Below, in pieces: positions 38,318 to 50,563 of a stretch of DNA of 64,000 nucleotides. The position numbers and the translations under genes are program-made. Each line of letters begins with the position of its first letter. The stretch's first letter is position 1. The notes under the pieces were generated by a model, which was given only the letters and a program-made list of their open reading frames with translations, was not told the origin of the DNA and searched no databases. This stretch comes from Octopus sinensis (lineage: Eukaryota): the NCBI RefSeq assembly GCF_006345805.1, contig NC_043005.1:98890001-98954000 (forward strand). Direction: 5' to 3'.

Positions 38318-38733
38318 CTTTTACTTGTTTCATCATTTGACTATGTCCATGCTGGAGCACCGCCTTTAGTCGAGCAAATTGACTCCAGGACTTATTCTTT
38401 CTAAGCCTAGTACTTATTCTATCGGTCTCTTTTTGCCGAACCGCTAAGTTACAGGGACGTAAACACACCAGCATCGGTTGTCAAGCGATGTTGGGGTGAC
38501 AAACACAGACACACAAACATATACACATACATACATACATACACACATATGCATACATACATACATACGACAGGCTTCTTTTAGTTTCCGCCTATCAAAT
38601 CCACTCTCAAGGTTTTGGTCGGCCCAAGAATATAGTAGAAGACACTTGCCGAAAGTGCCATGCAATGGGACTGAACCCAGAACCATGTGTTTCGTAAGCA
38701 ATCTACTTACCACTCGGCCACTCCTACGCCTAT
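38318..38733 (-). mobile_element. Full-length CORE-type SINE family B
   Basis: Collinear with 50302-50721 and reverse complement of 57629-57966. Confidence 0.9.
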
Positions 38734-39793
38734 TGGGAGAACTATTTTTAGAATTGCCAAATGTTTGTTAGTTTCCAATGCAGAGTTATTGTAGTAAAAC
38801 CCTGTAAAGGATGAACATCTTGCCTAGAAGAGATGTCTATTATTTCATACCATTAAAATAGGACAAATATTTCTCACTGTGACCCCTGTGTTTATCGGAA
38901 AACATTGTTTGCAGATTCAGCACCTTAAAAATATGTGGCTCCTTGTTTGCTGTGTGAGATTTCCAAATTACATTGACCAAGTCGAGCTACTGTATGAAAA
39001 GCTCCCTGTATAGTTGGGAAGTACTGATTTCTATGTGTTTGCCAAATCTCCAGTAATTTAAGTAAAGTGGAATGGTTCCAGCATTGCATACAGTGAACTG
39101 ATAAATAATGATTGAATGAAGAAGCGCAGATTATTTGTGTACTGTCGGCCATATTAATTCTATGTTGTAAGGTTTACTGATGGCCAGCTGTCTTTGTCTC
39201 AACAGATTGCAACTGCAATAGATAAGCTGTGTTCAATTAATAAGAAGGATTAAGTAAATAGATAATTATTGATGGGTTAATAATAAATTGGTAATTGATA
39301 GACAAGATAGGTAATTAGAGATCGACAGTAATATTAGGTACATAATAATACATATATAATTAACTGGATCAATCATACTTAACACTCTGCTGCCTACTTA
39401 TCCTGGCAAAATAATTATATAGTCACAATTATATGGAAAAACAATACAATTAGAATGGAATCAGATAAACTTGGTGAAGAAAGCAATTAGAAGTAACATT
39501 TACTTTAGCTTCAACACGCAAAATTATAATAGTAAATTTTAAAACAAAAAGAAACATAAATAGCCACAAGGCATTCTGTCTTCTTCCTCTGTGTCTATGT
39601 TATGTCTACGCTGTATCTTTGTGCCACTGTATTTATGCTATGTAACTCTGCAAGCTGTATCTGAATAGTTATGCATCTATACCATGTACCTATGTATCTA
39701 TACTGTGCATGTAACACTGAGTCTATGCTGTGTCTAGCTATGATGTCTCTGAATCTATGCTGTGTCAGGGTATTTATGTTGCATCTCTATACC

Positions 39794-39860
<67 letters not shown>

Positions 39861-40100
39861 TGATACTACTTCTCTGATGTATTCTTCTTCTTTGCACCGA
39901 GGAGTATGGTAATATGTAACTAAATTAATTCAATTATAATTATAATTAATTGAATTTTCCCCCTGTTTTCTGGTGTTACCATTTGAAATGATCATATGCC
40001 TGGATTAAAATTTTATAAAACTTATAACAATTTCCCTTCTCCATCTTTGTCTGTTGAGTTTATATAGGATGCATGTTCTATAAAGGCTCATAACATACCT

Positions 40101-40159
<59 letters not shown>

Positions 40160-40160
<1 letters not shown>

Positions 40161-40312
40161 CACGGAGTGGTTGGCGTTAGAAAGGGCATCCAGCTGTAGA
40201 AACACTACCAAAACAGACTAGAGCCTGGTGCAGCCTCCATGGCTTACCAGACCCTGGTTGAACCGTCCAACCCATGCTAGCATGGAAAACAGACGCTAAA
40301 TGATGATAATGG
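40160..40312 (+). mobile_element. Short RTE 3' end inside a TA microsatellite
   Basis: ggagtggttggcgttagaaagggcatccagctgtag...ccaacccatgctagcatgg...gatgat. Confidence 0.85.
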
Positions 40313-40314
40313 GG

Positions 40315-40352
<38 letters not shown>

Positions 40353-40534
40353 TGTACTTATGTCCTCCCATGCCTATGTATCTGTACTGCGTCTGTACAC
40401 CTCTGCACTTCTGTATATATGTTCTCCTATACAGTTATATCTCTGTATCCATGTACTGCTATACTTTTTTTTTTTTGTTTTTTTTTGTACTTGTTTCAGT
40501 CATTTGACTGCGGCCATGCTGGAGCACTGCCTTT

Positions 40535-40704
40535 AGAGTGGTGAAAGAGTACAGCAGGGATCACCACCTCCTGCCGGAGCCTCGTGGAGCTTTTAGGTGT
40601 TTTTTTCGCTCAATAAACACACACAACGCCCGGTCTGGGAATCGAAACCGCGATCCTCCAACCGCAAGTCCACTGCCCTAACCACTAGGCCATTGCGCCT
40701 CCAC
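40535..40704 (-). mobile_element. Young-looking tRNA SINE, family C; abuts a family B tail fragment (40487-40535)
   Basis: Minus strand A box tggcctagtgg, B box gtttcgattcc, then tail; single copy in window. Confidence 0.75.
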
Positions 40705-40982
40705 TCCTGACTTCTTTGTTGTTTTACCTTTGTACCTATTTACCTCTGTACCTCCATACCTATAAAACTTTCTGCTTCAGTACCTATATATTTGTGTACC
40801 TGTGTGCTTATGAATTTCTGTATTTGCTTCTATCTATACAGCTATAGTTCTTCTTCCTCCAGTATCATCAACAACAACAACAACACCATTTGCCTCTGAT
40901 TTACATAACAGTATCAGACTCTCCAATATAAACAACAGTATCAGAGCAATCCTCAAAAATCTTTTGGGGAAGTTTATACATT

Positions 40983-41199
40983 TTGTCAAATGATGTTGGG
41001 GGTACAAACACACACACACACACACACACATATATACGATGAGCGTCTTTGTTTCTGTCTACCAAATCCACTCACAAGGCTTTGGTCGACCCGAGGCTAT
41101 AGTAGAAGACACTTGCCCAAAGTGTCGCACAGTGGGACTGAACCCGGAACCATGTGGATGGTAAGCAAAGCTGCTTACCACACAGCCACTCCTATGCCT
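40983..41199 (-). mobile_element. CORE-type SINE family B (tail truncated)
   Basis: ctaccaaatccactcacaaggc...agaagacacttgcccaa...gggactgaacccgg. Confidence 0.88.
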
Positions 41200-42490
41200 T
41201 GTTTATAAAATAACAATACAGTTCCACTGAGTTCAGCAGGCCAGGCATGGTTCATTTTGAGATTTATTAATAACAGTTTGGTTAGCTCTGGACGTGTCTG
41301 AGTTGGTTTCTCAATCGTTCTGAGAACGATTGGTAAAGTGAGATAAAAAAGCAAGAAAAGGTTTGGTTCAACGTCCAATAGGAGGTCAAGACAATATTGA
41401 GAACTGGGTGGTGTCTGTGGATGTCTGGTTCTGAAGGAACAAAACCTAAAGCAAGTAAACTTAAGAGAATGTTTTTTGAGAATTATTTACTAAGAATTAA
41501 CTTTCACATAAGAAATGTGTTGTTGTTTGTTCCCACTTTGGCCTTGAATGACCATTCCAGTTGTGATCATCCCATCTTTTTTCTTGAGAGGTTCTCTTGG
41601 TGGTCCGGCAGCCTTTAGTTGGTTGGTGGATAGTCTGCCAAGAAAGTATAAATTCATTTCATCAATATGTTAAATATGATAGCTAAAAAAAGGTGTGTGT
41701 GTGTGTGTGCATGCGTACATGCCTGTATATATGTGTGTGTGTGTGTCTCTGTACATGAATATGTATTCAGATACACATTCATGCTTGTGTAAGTTTAGCT
41801 GTAGTTGGTTTGTCTGTTTAAAGCAGTTCTAGTTTCATTTCCAGTTGATTAGAGCCACAACTGTACGGCTGGAAAGATTGATAATGTTGATTTTATTGAT
41901 CTCTTTTCTCTATATATTGATCACTGAGATAAGAAAGTTTGGGTTTTCACAGTCTTCTTCTGTTATTTATTTTAATATGTGTCAACTGACAGTGATGAAT
42001 TAATATGGAGGTAAAACTAATTCAACCGACTGGTTTTGGTTGAAGAGGAGGGCAGGACTGTGGTTGTTTTAATGTCTCTATTGATTGACAGAGATAAATG
42101 AAATAGGAGAGAGATTTCATTTGAGTGAACTTTTGTCTAGAGATTGGCTGTTTATGTTAACCTAACTTATATAGACAGAGGCATGAAAGTGTGTTGAGGG
42201 GTGCGACTTGGTATAGATACTAGACTGAATGGCGGGACACCAGGAAAAATAACATTTATGTAGACCAAATAGAAGTAGAGCTGTATAAGATAGATTAGAT
42301 AGAGGAAGTAGGCCTATATGGGGTAAACCAGGTAGAGGATACATGTATGTATGTATGTATATATATGTATATGTATGTATATATATATAAACAAACACGT
42401 GCACATGTGTATTCCAGTTTGGAGTAAAGTTATACTACACGTCTGTATTGTAAGAGATGACTAAAGGGATTTGCCTCAGAAAGACCATCT

Positions 42491-42723
42491 TATTTCTTTA
42501 TTGCCCACAAGGGGCTAAACATAGAGGGGACAAACAAGGACAGACAAAGAGATTAAGTCGATTACATCGACCCCAGTGCATAACTGGTACTTAATTTATC
42601 GACCCTGAAAGAATGAAAGGCAAAGTCGACCTCGACAGAATTTGAACTCAGAACGTAACGGCAGACGAAATACCGCTAAGCATTTCGCCCGGCGTGCTAA
42701 CGATTCTACCAATTCACCACCTT
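42491..42723 (-). mobile_element. tRNA SINE family A, tail a
   Basis: Reverse complement of the 20491, 52454 and 56633 copies. Confidence 0.9.
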
Positions 42724-43206
42724 TGCATCTGACTGCAAAACACTGCTTCAGAAAGACCTGTTTGACTTTTCCATGCTGGCATATGTTAATGTGAAAAGGA
42801 TAATAATGAGGCACACACACACACACATGGGGTCTCTGCCACTTATAGTGGACTGTCCCTGTGGTATGTATTTCAAATAAAGTTTTGCTTCCTTCTACCA
42901 TTGTGAGTGACACTCAGTTCTACAAGAAGGTGATATACACAAATAATTAACAGATCTTTTTTTAGTTTTGTTGTTGTTATTGTTCTGTTATCATTTTCCT
43001 AATTTGTGAAGCATCTTATTTAGGTGTTTATTGTTGTTGTTGCTGCTTGTGCATTTGATTTAGCTATGGCTTTTTACATTTCTACTTGGTTACTCAAAAA
43101 ACTTTTTTTCCTTTTAGCACAGAAATGACTTGTTTCCAAAATACTTCTGCAAGTGATTGCAATAATCTTTTGAACATGCAATAACTGGAACTGTTCTTCA
43201 TTTCAG

Positions 43207-43395
43207 ATACTTGTTGCAGCTGATTCTAGAGGCTGGTTGTCTAGAGTGGGCCCTCATCATTTCTGTGGTGCTTCGTGATACTTTGGCTGTGGTTCGTACT
43301 GTAAATACTGCAAGCATGACAGATACACCCCTAGAGATGCTGGGGCGAATGAGGGAGGGCTTATCTTACCTGGAACTCTGGGCAGAAACAGAATG
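43207..43395 (+). CDS. RIC1: RIC1 coding exon (phase 2-2, 189 nt): YLLQLILEAGCLEWALIISVVLRD...EGLSYLELWAETE(C)
   Basis: cttcatttcag acceptor, TG|gtaagt donor. Matches recalled RIC1 YLL...EAGCL.W....G.ILR motif. Confidence 0.94.
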
Positions 43396-44113
43396 GTAAG
43401 TTGCATATTGCTTCATGTCTTTAGACTTTTCATTTACTTCTCTATATCGGAACCTCTTCACAAACCTTCAGTACTTCAGGCAATGGTTTAAAATGCTTCT
43501 GGTGCTTGTCCTATAGTTGTATGAGAGACAGCATTACTGTTTTTATAATAAATACGAAACTGGATCTTAGGCCTCAATTCAGAGTTTGCAGTGTTCACAT
43601 GATGACAGCAAATTGTCCTAAACATTTTGTTACTGATCTAAATATTTCTTCATTTACCATGCTTCTTTTGTATGCCCACTACAATAGTTTATTTAGCCAG
43701 GGCTGGCATTGCACATAATCAGCTTTTATTTAGATGCTGATTTACTATAAAGAAACAAATGTTTTTGAAGTCATTTCATGATTGGTGCTGGTAATTGCCA
43801 AAGAGCTAGAAATGCATTCACTGTTCTGCCAAGAGAAGATGTCTGGGAATGACTGGTGGTGTTTTACAACACGTATAGCCCACAACGATAAAGGTTTTCT
43901 CTGGTAAATTTCACAGTAAAGACAACCTTTGTCCACGTCTCCTAAGCATATCTAAATTGATCTAAATGTTTGTTTGTACATATATTCTTTGTTATCTGGA
44001 AAAATATGAATAATCCTAATTAGTCAACTTTTCTCGTTTAATTTTATGTTTTAATAAGTTTCATTAATACATTTATCTCTACTCCAGATTTTAGTGTTTA
44101 ACGACTGTAAATA

Positions 44114-44154
<41 letters not shown>

Positions 44155-44156
<2 letters not shown>

Positions 44157-44507
44157 AATAAGAAAATGGAGGAGCAGATTCCTTTCAATCATCGACTTAC
44201 GGATATTACCAATTCATATAATTTATTAACTACTTAAATAGGAACATCCAAATCCAACAGAATAAAACAATGTACATCAATAAATAAGATAATACCATAA
44301 AAATAATACATATAAAATGGATCTTTCAGCTGTTTCAGCCTGTAGATAAAGGTATCTCATTGTGCCTATATTAGTCAGATGTATTGAGGCAATATGCAGT
44401 TAAAAATGAGTTACTTATATATATATATCTCAAGGCCTCGTCAGAGATTATAAAGTACAATTATGAAGATATAAAATACAAATATGAAACAAAATACACA
44501 TGCACAA

Positions 44508-44542
<35 letters not shown>

Positions 44543-45215
44543 AGTGTATATACACATATATATACATATATATCCACATCAAAGGGTACATATACAAAGT
44601 TCAAAGTTCATTGAATTACATCACCAAAACTATTAATATTATTATTATTATTAATAATAATACCAATAATGGAATATGTGCATTCTGCTATTCACAATAC
44701 ATAGTAGATGGAAAATATAATATATTGTATATTACATATATAATATAGTATAACATAACATATAAACAGATGCCTAAGGAAGATGCCAGCACATTAATTC
44801 AATAAATAATGGAATACAATATACAATGTCATTATATTCATGTATCATACAGTGAAAATTGAAAATTTAGTCTAAATCTTCATACATATATTTATACACA
44901 CAGGTAACAAATACATACATACGCATATACATACATGCACAAAAAACATCTACTAATACATATACATATATAAAGAGATTTTATCCTTTTACATCATACA
45001 AGAGGTATATGCGTGTACATACGTAGAGTTCACAGATCAACAGGTAAGAGATAGGTCGTTACGGGCTATGCTTACATTATTATCAATACAGTTTTACAGT
45101 GGTTTAAAAACTTACGGGGGTAGGGGAGAGGTTATTTACAATCTCAAGCTAAATCCAATTGGTTGGCACATTTGAATTTCATTCTCTTAGTTACGGTTGG
45201 TTGGTTAAAATACAC
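44155..45215 (-). mobile_element. PLE-derived remnant with HHR motif
   Basis: HHR at 44321-44448; long TA/AT-rich UTR; weak KRMKFKCAN C-terminal-like peptide near 45160-45200. Confidence 0.55.
44321..44448 (-). ncRNA. Type I hammerhead motif with long stem II, probably inactive (U16.1 to A)
   Basis: Minus: atct-CTGACGA-ggcct...(about 100 nt)...aggct-GAAAC-agct-GAA-agat; the canonical triplet would be GUA. Confidence 0.6.
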
Positions 45216-45509
45216 ATACGTACAGTAGCCCAGCCTGCTCAAAAGGTCCCTGAATAAGGTTTGTTTAAGGATGTTGAATGAAACACCTATGTTTCTTGAG
45301 GTGAATTATTCAAACCCCAAAGAATTCTTCTGAACACTTGGCTATGATGCTCCCCTGCTAATCCTGCTCATGGTCAGAGATGCACATATCGTCAGCCACT
45401 TAGGGACATGCTCAACTGCTTATGGTCAAGCAACTGACAAGCAAGCCCATTTTTTTTCTCCAAGGTAAAACATACATAACAGTTCCAATCAGTTATGTTC
45501 AGAAGCCAT

Positions 45510-45651
<142 letters not shown>

Positions 45652-45681
45652 AATGTTGTTATTATTATTTTAATCTTTCAG

Positions 45682-45934
45682 CATTGGCTACAAAACCTTC
45701 TTTCTTACAATAAATGAGCAGATTCAGGTGCTCGATAGAATTGCCAACCAGATGCCTGCCATTACTAGACTGTCTGTGTTACCAGTTGAAGAAACTCCTG
45801 TCCATAATGTACATAATGAAAGCAAGACCCTGTCACCAGTCGTGCAGACAATCCGAACTGATAGTGTTGAGAAGAACAACACTGAACCTGATGAAGAAAA
45901 AAACACTAAGACCAATGATTGTCTTTTATCTTGA
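45682..45934 (+). CDS. RIC1: RIC1 last coding exon: (C)IGYKTFFLTINEQIQVLDRIANQ...KTNDCLLS* (TGA at 45932-45934)
   Basis: taatctttcag acceptor; tg+c restores the Cys of the recalled 'DCPGYKPF' motif; open frame to the stop. Confidence 0.92.
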
Positions 45935-47250
45935 TAACAACCCACCAATTATCTGTGTATGTCTTTTTCTGTGACATATGTATCTCCTGGGAACACTGTA
46001 TAGGCTGCTACCATTCCTCTCCAGCCTCACTTCTTCATTGAAACACAACACACCACAACTGTCATTACACCAACAACACAGTACCAATGTCCTTCAGTGA
46101 ATAACAAGTTCCACTTTTACTTCAACCTGTGAACCAGCAAAATTTCAAAACTTCAGATCATTTCTTCCTATTCTCCTTCTTTCTCTTCTTGTCTGAAAAC
46201 ATTTTGATATTCTTCAACAACATAAAAGCTATATTTTCTGAATATATTATAATCTTTATGCTTCTCTGTAGCATCTTTTTTTTCCTTTTTGTCTTCTCTC
46301 TCTAATTATCTTTTTTTTTTTAAAAAAAGTAAAGCTCTATTTTAATGAATTACATGACAACAACTGACCATCTTAGCTTTCATACGAAAATATAACAAAC
46401 AAAAAAATATTCCAAGCCGAGACAAATCATGAGTAGTTATATTGTTCTCTGTCTCTGTTATGGGCCCCCAACCCTATACCTACTGCCGTTTTCTTTATCC
46501 CATTTTCAATTTTAATTCCCCCATCCCACCCCCCCACCAGTCCTACTGCTTTTTATTGCCTTGTATCTTATTTCAATATCATCTTCCACAAACTAAAAAA
46601 TAAGACAAGAAGAAAGAAGAAAAAAAGACAATAAATAAAACATAAACAATGAAACAAATGTACAAACAAAATTTGAAAAAAAATACAAAACAGAATAAAA
46701 TGAGATTCTGTAAATAATTAAAATAATTTAAAAAAAGAAAGGAAAATAGAGAAAATTATGTGTATTATTTTTTGTGAAGTTGGACCAACTGCAAATTGCA
46801 GTGTGTAGTAATGATTACACAATGGTGTAGAATTGTTAAAATTGTCTGTAAATCTGGCATCAGTGCAATTCTGAATTTTGTTATCTATGAAGAAAGTATG
46901 GCTTCACCTGTGCCTCCCATTTCTCTCTCTCTCTTTATATTGTTTGTTTTACTGTACATTTGTCAATCATAGGTAAGTTTTATATTCCATACTTTGTAAC
47001 AGTATGTACAGGAAGTGAAAACTTGTACATTGCTGTTTTGTTGTGGAGTCGTTTGTGTTTTATGTTTGTGGGTTTTCCATGTTCATAAAACTTGTGTTGT
47101 CTAAAGTTTTGGTTCTGAACTGTCTAAATCATGTTGTTGTTTTATAGCACAATTATAGCCATTCCTTCTCATTCCTGGCCTTGATGTCATTCATTAAATA
47201 TAAGGTTCCTTATTAAGCTATAAACTCTGATTTCTGTATTGTACTCGGAT
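45935..47250 (+). other. RIC1: Probable RIC1 3' UTR (3' end not determinable)
   Basis: Repeat-poor U/A-rich sequence after the stop; AATAAA at 46630-46635; Pumilio-type TGTAAATA at 46709-46716. No transcript data. Confidence 0.45.
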
Positions 47251-48853
47251 GGACTTTGCATCAGTGACATCATTTCCAATGCTATTTGTGTCTTGTATTA
47301 CATCTTGCCATTGCCAAGCTTTGTTGCAGTTAGCTATGCATGAAGCTATGGACAGTCTTTGATGATGCATTGCATAGTGATTAGTCTACAAAGTACTACT
47401 GTGGAGAGTATAAAATTACTAGTTTTTGTGCATCATATTTATGCTGCAGTTTTCTTTAAATCACATTGCAGTCAGATATGCACAAAACAATTTCATTGTT
47501 TGTAGGTTCACAAATTCGTACGATACATTCAGAACGAGGTACTTCAATCAGTCTAGAATACTCATAACATCATAATTATTAGCAATCTGCTATTTAGTAA
47601 CTTTGTGCCTTTTATCAGATGTGCATTATTTTCATCATCATCATTTCATTTAAAGCTTTGTTTTCTCTTATATTTGGATGTACATTATTGACCATTGTGT
47701 GAGAGTGTATGTATGAATATAACATGGATATGACCTTGATGCCAATCCTAATTGCCACTATAACAGGCAGACAAATGCTGTGTTGAGGACAACTATAACA
47801 TGTGGAAGCAGCCGCTAGATACAAGAGCAAACTGCAACCGTTTGCAGAAGCCAAAGTTGTTTCTACTTTCGTTTGACTGTTGTAACTATACACACTTTGA
47901 ATGATAGTGTGTGAAAAGGCATGAAAGCTACCCCAATGTTTTAGAAAGGGGGAAAATAATTTATTTTAATGAGAATTATGGATGCTGAAATATTAAATAA
48001 AGTTTTCTCTATCTTTAACAATGTGGTGGCAGTCATGAGATGCCTTTGATTATATATTAGTAGCAATGGTTAACATAAACTACAAAATCTTAATTTCTGT
48101 TTTATCATCAAATGCAGGTGCTTAATGTAGTTGTAAACCCTGGAAAAGCCAAGTCTGTGACATGCTTGTAATTACTGCTTGAGCCTTTAAGTTCAATCAT
48201 AGTGACTAGTCGAGAAAGGGACAGGTTCGATCTGGTTGAATTACTTAAGACAGACTAGACAAGCACTTTCTGTAGAGATGTCCCAGTCATCTGACATATT
48301 TTTAGAAAGTATTTTCTTCTATCTTCAATTTCCTGCAAACCAATTCCATGTAACAAGATGAATATCTAAATTCAAATTTTAAGATGAGTCATTAAAATTC
48401 CAAGCTCTTCCTCTGTTGTTTCAAGATTAATTCTTTATCTTTGATTATGAAAGTATGTGAGGAACTTTATCTGTAATAGCAATAACAATAGTGAAGTGTT
48501 AAAATACTCAACCGTTGATTTAAATATTATTAATCAATACCATGTGATTGTATTGACACATATTTTACTGTTTCAATCACTAAAAATCAATACTTCACTA
48601 CTAATCCAACATTCAGGATGTAAAAAAAAAACTGTCCTAAAGCAAAGTGATTCAATGCAAAGTGGGCTGGACAGTTTTTAAGTTTTTGGTGTTTTAGCTA
48701 TGGACCTACAACACCACAGTGTTGTGTGGTGTCAAAGATAGAATATTGATTGCTGTCCTTTGAGCAGGTATTTCAGTATCCCTTTGACTCTTTCATTCAT
48801 GCTTCCTCTCTCTGTATATGTATGTGTTTATGTATGCTTGTGAGCGTGTGATT

Positions 48854-48904
<51 letters not shown>

Positions 48905-50218
48905 AAACATTTTACTAGGAAGAAGTGCAATTGTTGTTCCTTGTAAAGCTTCAGCATACAGATTTTATGAAGATCTCCAGTGACAGTGTTTCAACATAAA
49001 TCTGCACAGTTCAGACTTTTCCATTGAAAGAATCTCTTACATTCTGACTTCATGATTTTGAAACTTTTCTGCAACCAAATACACCATTGCAGTTAGTCTA
49101 TTCTGTAGTGATGCCTTTACAATTTGTCGCTGTATACAGTCTCAAAATATCTTGTCACATACCATTAGATCTGTGGAATCTCTAGATTTCACAGAATAAA
49201 CTGTATTTTTACATGTTGTTTTTGTTGGTCTTGTTTATTTCTTAAAAGTGGTGTGTGGTGGTGGTGGGGGGTATTTTGTTGTTGTTGTGCTGTGTCTTCA
49301 ATGTTTCCTGTTACTTTCTAGGCTTACCTACATTGCACACTCTGGAAGAAATTTGATGTTCCTGTTTTACTCAGGAGTATTAACAAGAGGAAAATAGACA
49401 TAACGGAGAAGGCTACACATCTCCCATCTTGTAATATTCAGGTTACCCTCTATACTATGTTTGCATAGAATGTATTATTTTTTTTACTCATTTTTCATCT
49501 AGCTATCAATGAAAATGTCCAGTCCATCTTTCATGTTCAATATTCTGCTTTTTAAACTCTCCTGACAGCTATTTCATTCTCCATATTTAACTCTTTCTTC
49601 ACCATATATTTAGAACATATTTTAACTGCTTTCTCTCTCTCTCTCTCTCCTGTTGCTATCCTAACCGACTCTCACTTCACCTACTTCTCTTTCTGATGTC
49701 CCTGATGTTGCCTTCCTTGCTGACCCTGTCCTCACCTGCCTCTATAAAAGTCCCCCTTCTTCACTGACGATAACTCCTGGCATAGAGAGAAAAATCATTT
49801 ATCATTCTGAACTGTCTTTACCAATTCATAACCTCACCTATGAGTATATTTGACCAGCACATTGACAAGCCAATGAAAGTACCTCTGTATGCTTGTTTTA
49901 GCTAGAAGTAGCAGCTAAATCTCACTCAGATCAGCTTTACCATTTTAAGTCATGCACCTTAGATAATGTGCTACCTGCACATAAGAAGAAATCAGTGGTC
50001 ACAGCTGGAATGTCTTTGATTATTAAATATGCTCTATCAGGGATGACATGAGATTAAACTACAACAATCAAACATTGATCTTTCAATCACTGCTGACTTT
50101 TTCTTTTAATTGTTTTTCACCTCCAAACCCATTCGGATCAAAACTGTTCACTTAGGAATGTTGGTCCTCGTAATCAAATGTTTCGGTCTCAGAAATATTC
50201 CAACAGTATTATAGCATA

Positions 50219-50261
50219 CTAGCAGAGATACCCAGCATTGCTCGGGATTAAAGTGGCTTAG

Positions 50262-50304
<43 letters not shown>

Positions 50305-50520
50305 TTACTCTTTTACTTGTTTTAGTCATTTGACTGCGGCCATGCTGGAGCACCGCCTTTAGTCAAGCAAATCGACCCCAGGACTTAATCTTTGTAAGCC
50401 CAGTACTTATTCTATCGGTCTCTTTTGCTGAACCGCTAAGTGACGGGGACGTAAACACACCAGCATTAGTTGTCAAGCAATGCTAGGGGGACAAACACAG
50501 ACACACAAACATACACACAG

Positions 50521-50563
<43 letters not shown>

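Noticed and set aside
39120-39545. Possible further PLE/HHR remnant (ggccat...atggcc stem at 39147-39185)
   Set aside because: The conserved CTGANGA and GAAA cores are not recognisable.
49322-49425. Minus-strand GTAAGC donor after a hydrophobic stretch (MSIFLLLILLSKTG...)
   Set aside because: No polypyrimidine acceptor, an upstream in-frame stop, and no partner exons found; a second gene is not supported.
49764-49796. CTGACGA...GAAA hammerhead-like spacing
   Set aside because: Stems I and II do not pair adequately; at best a dead remnant.
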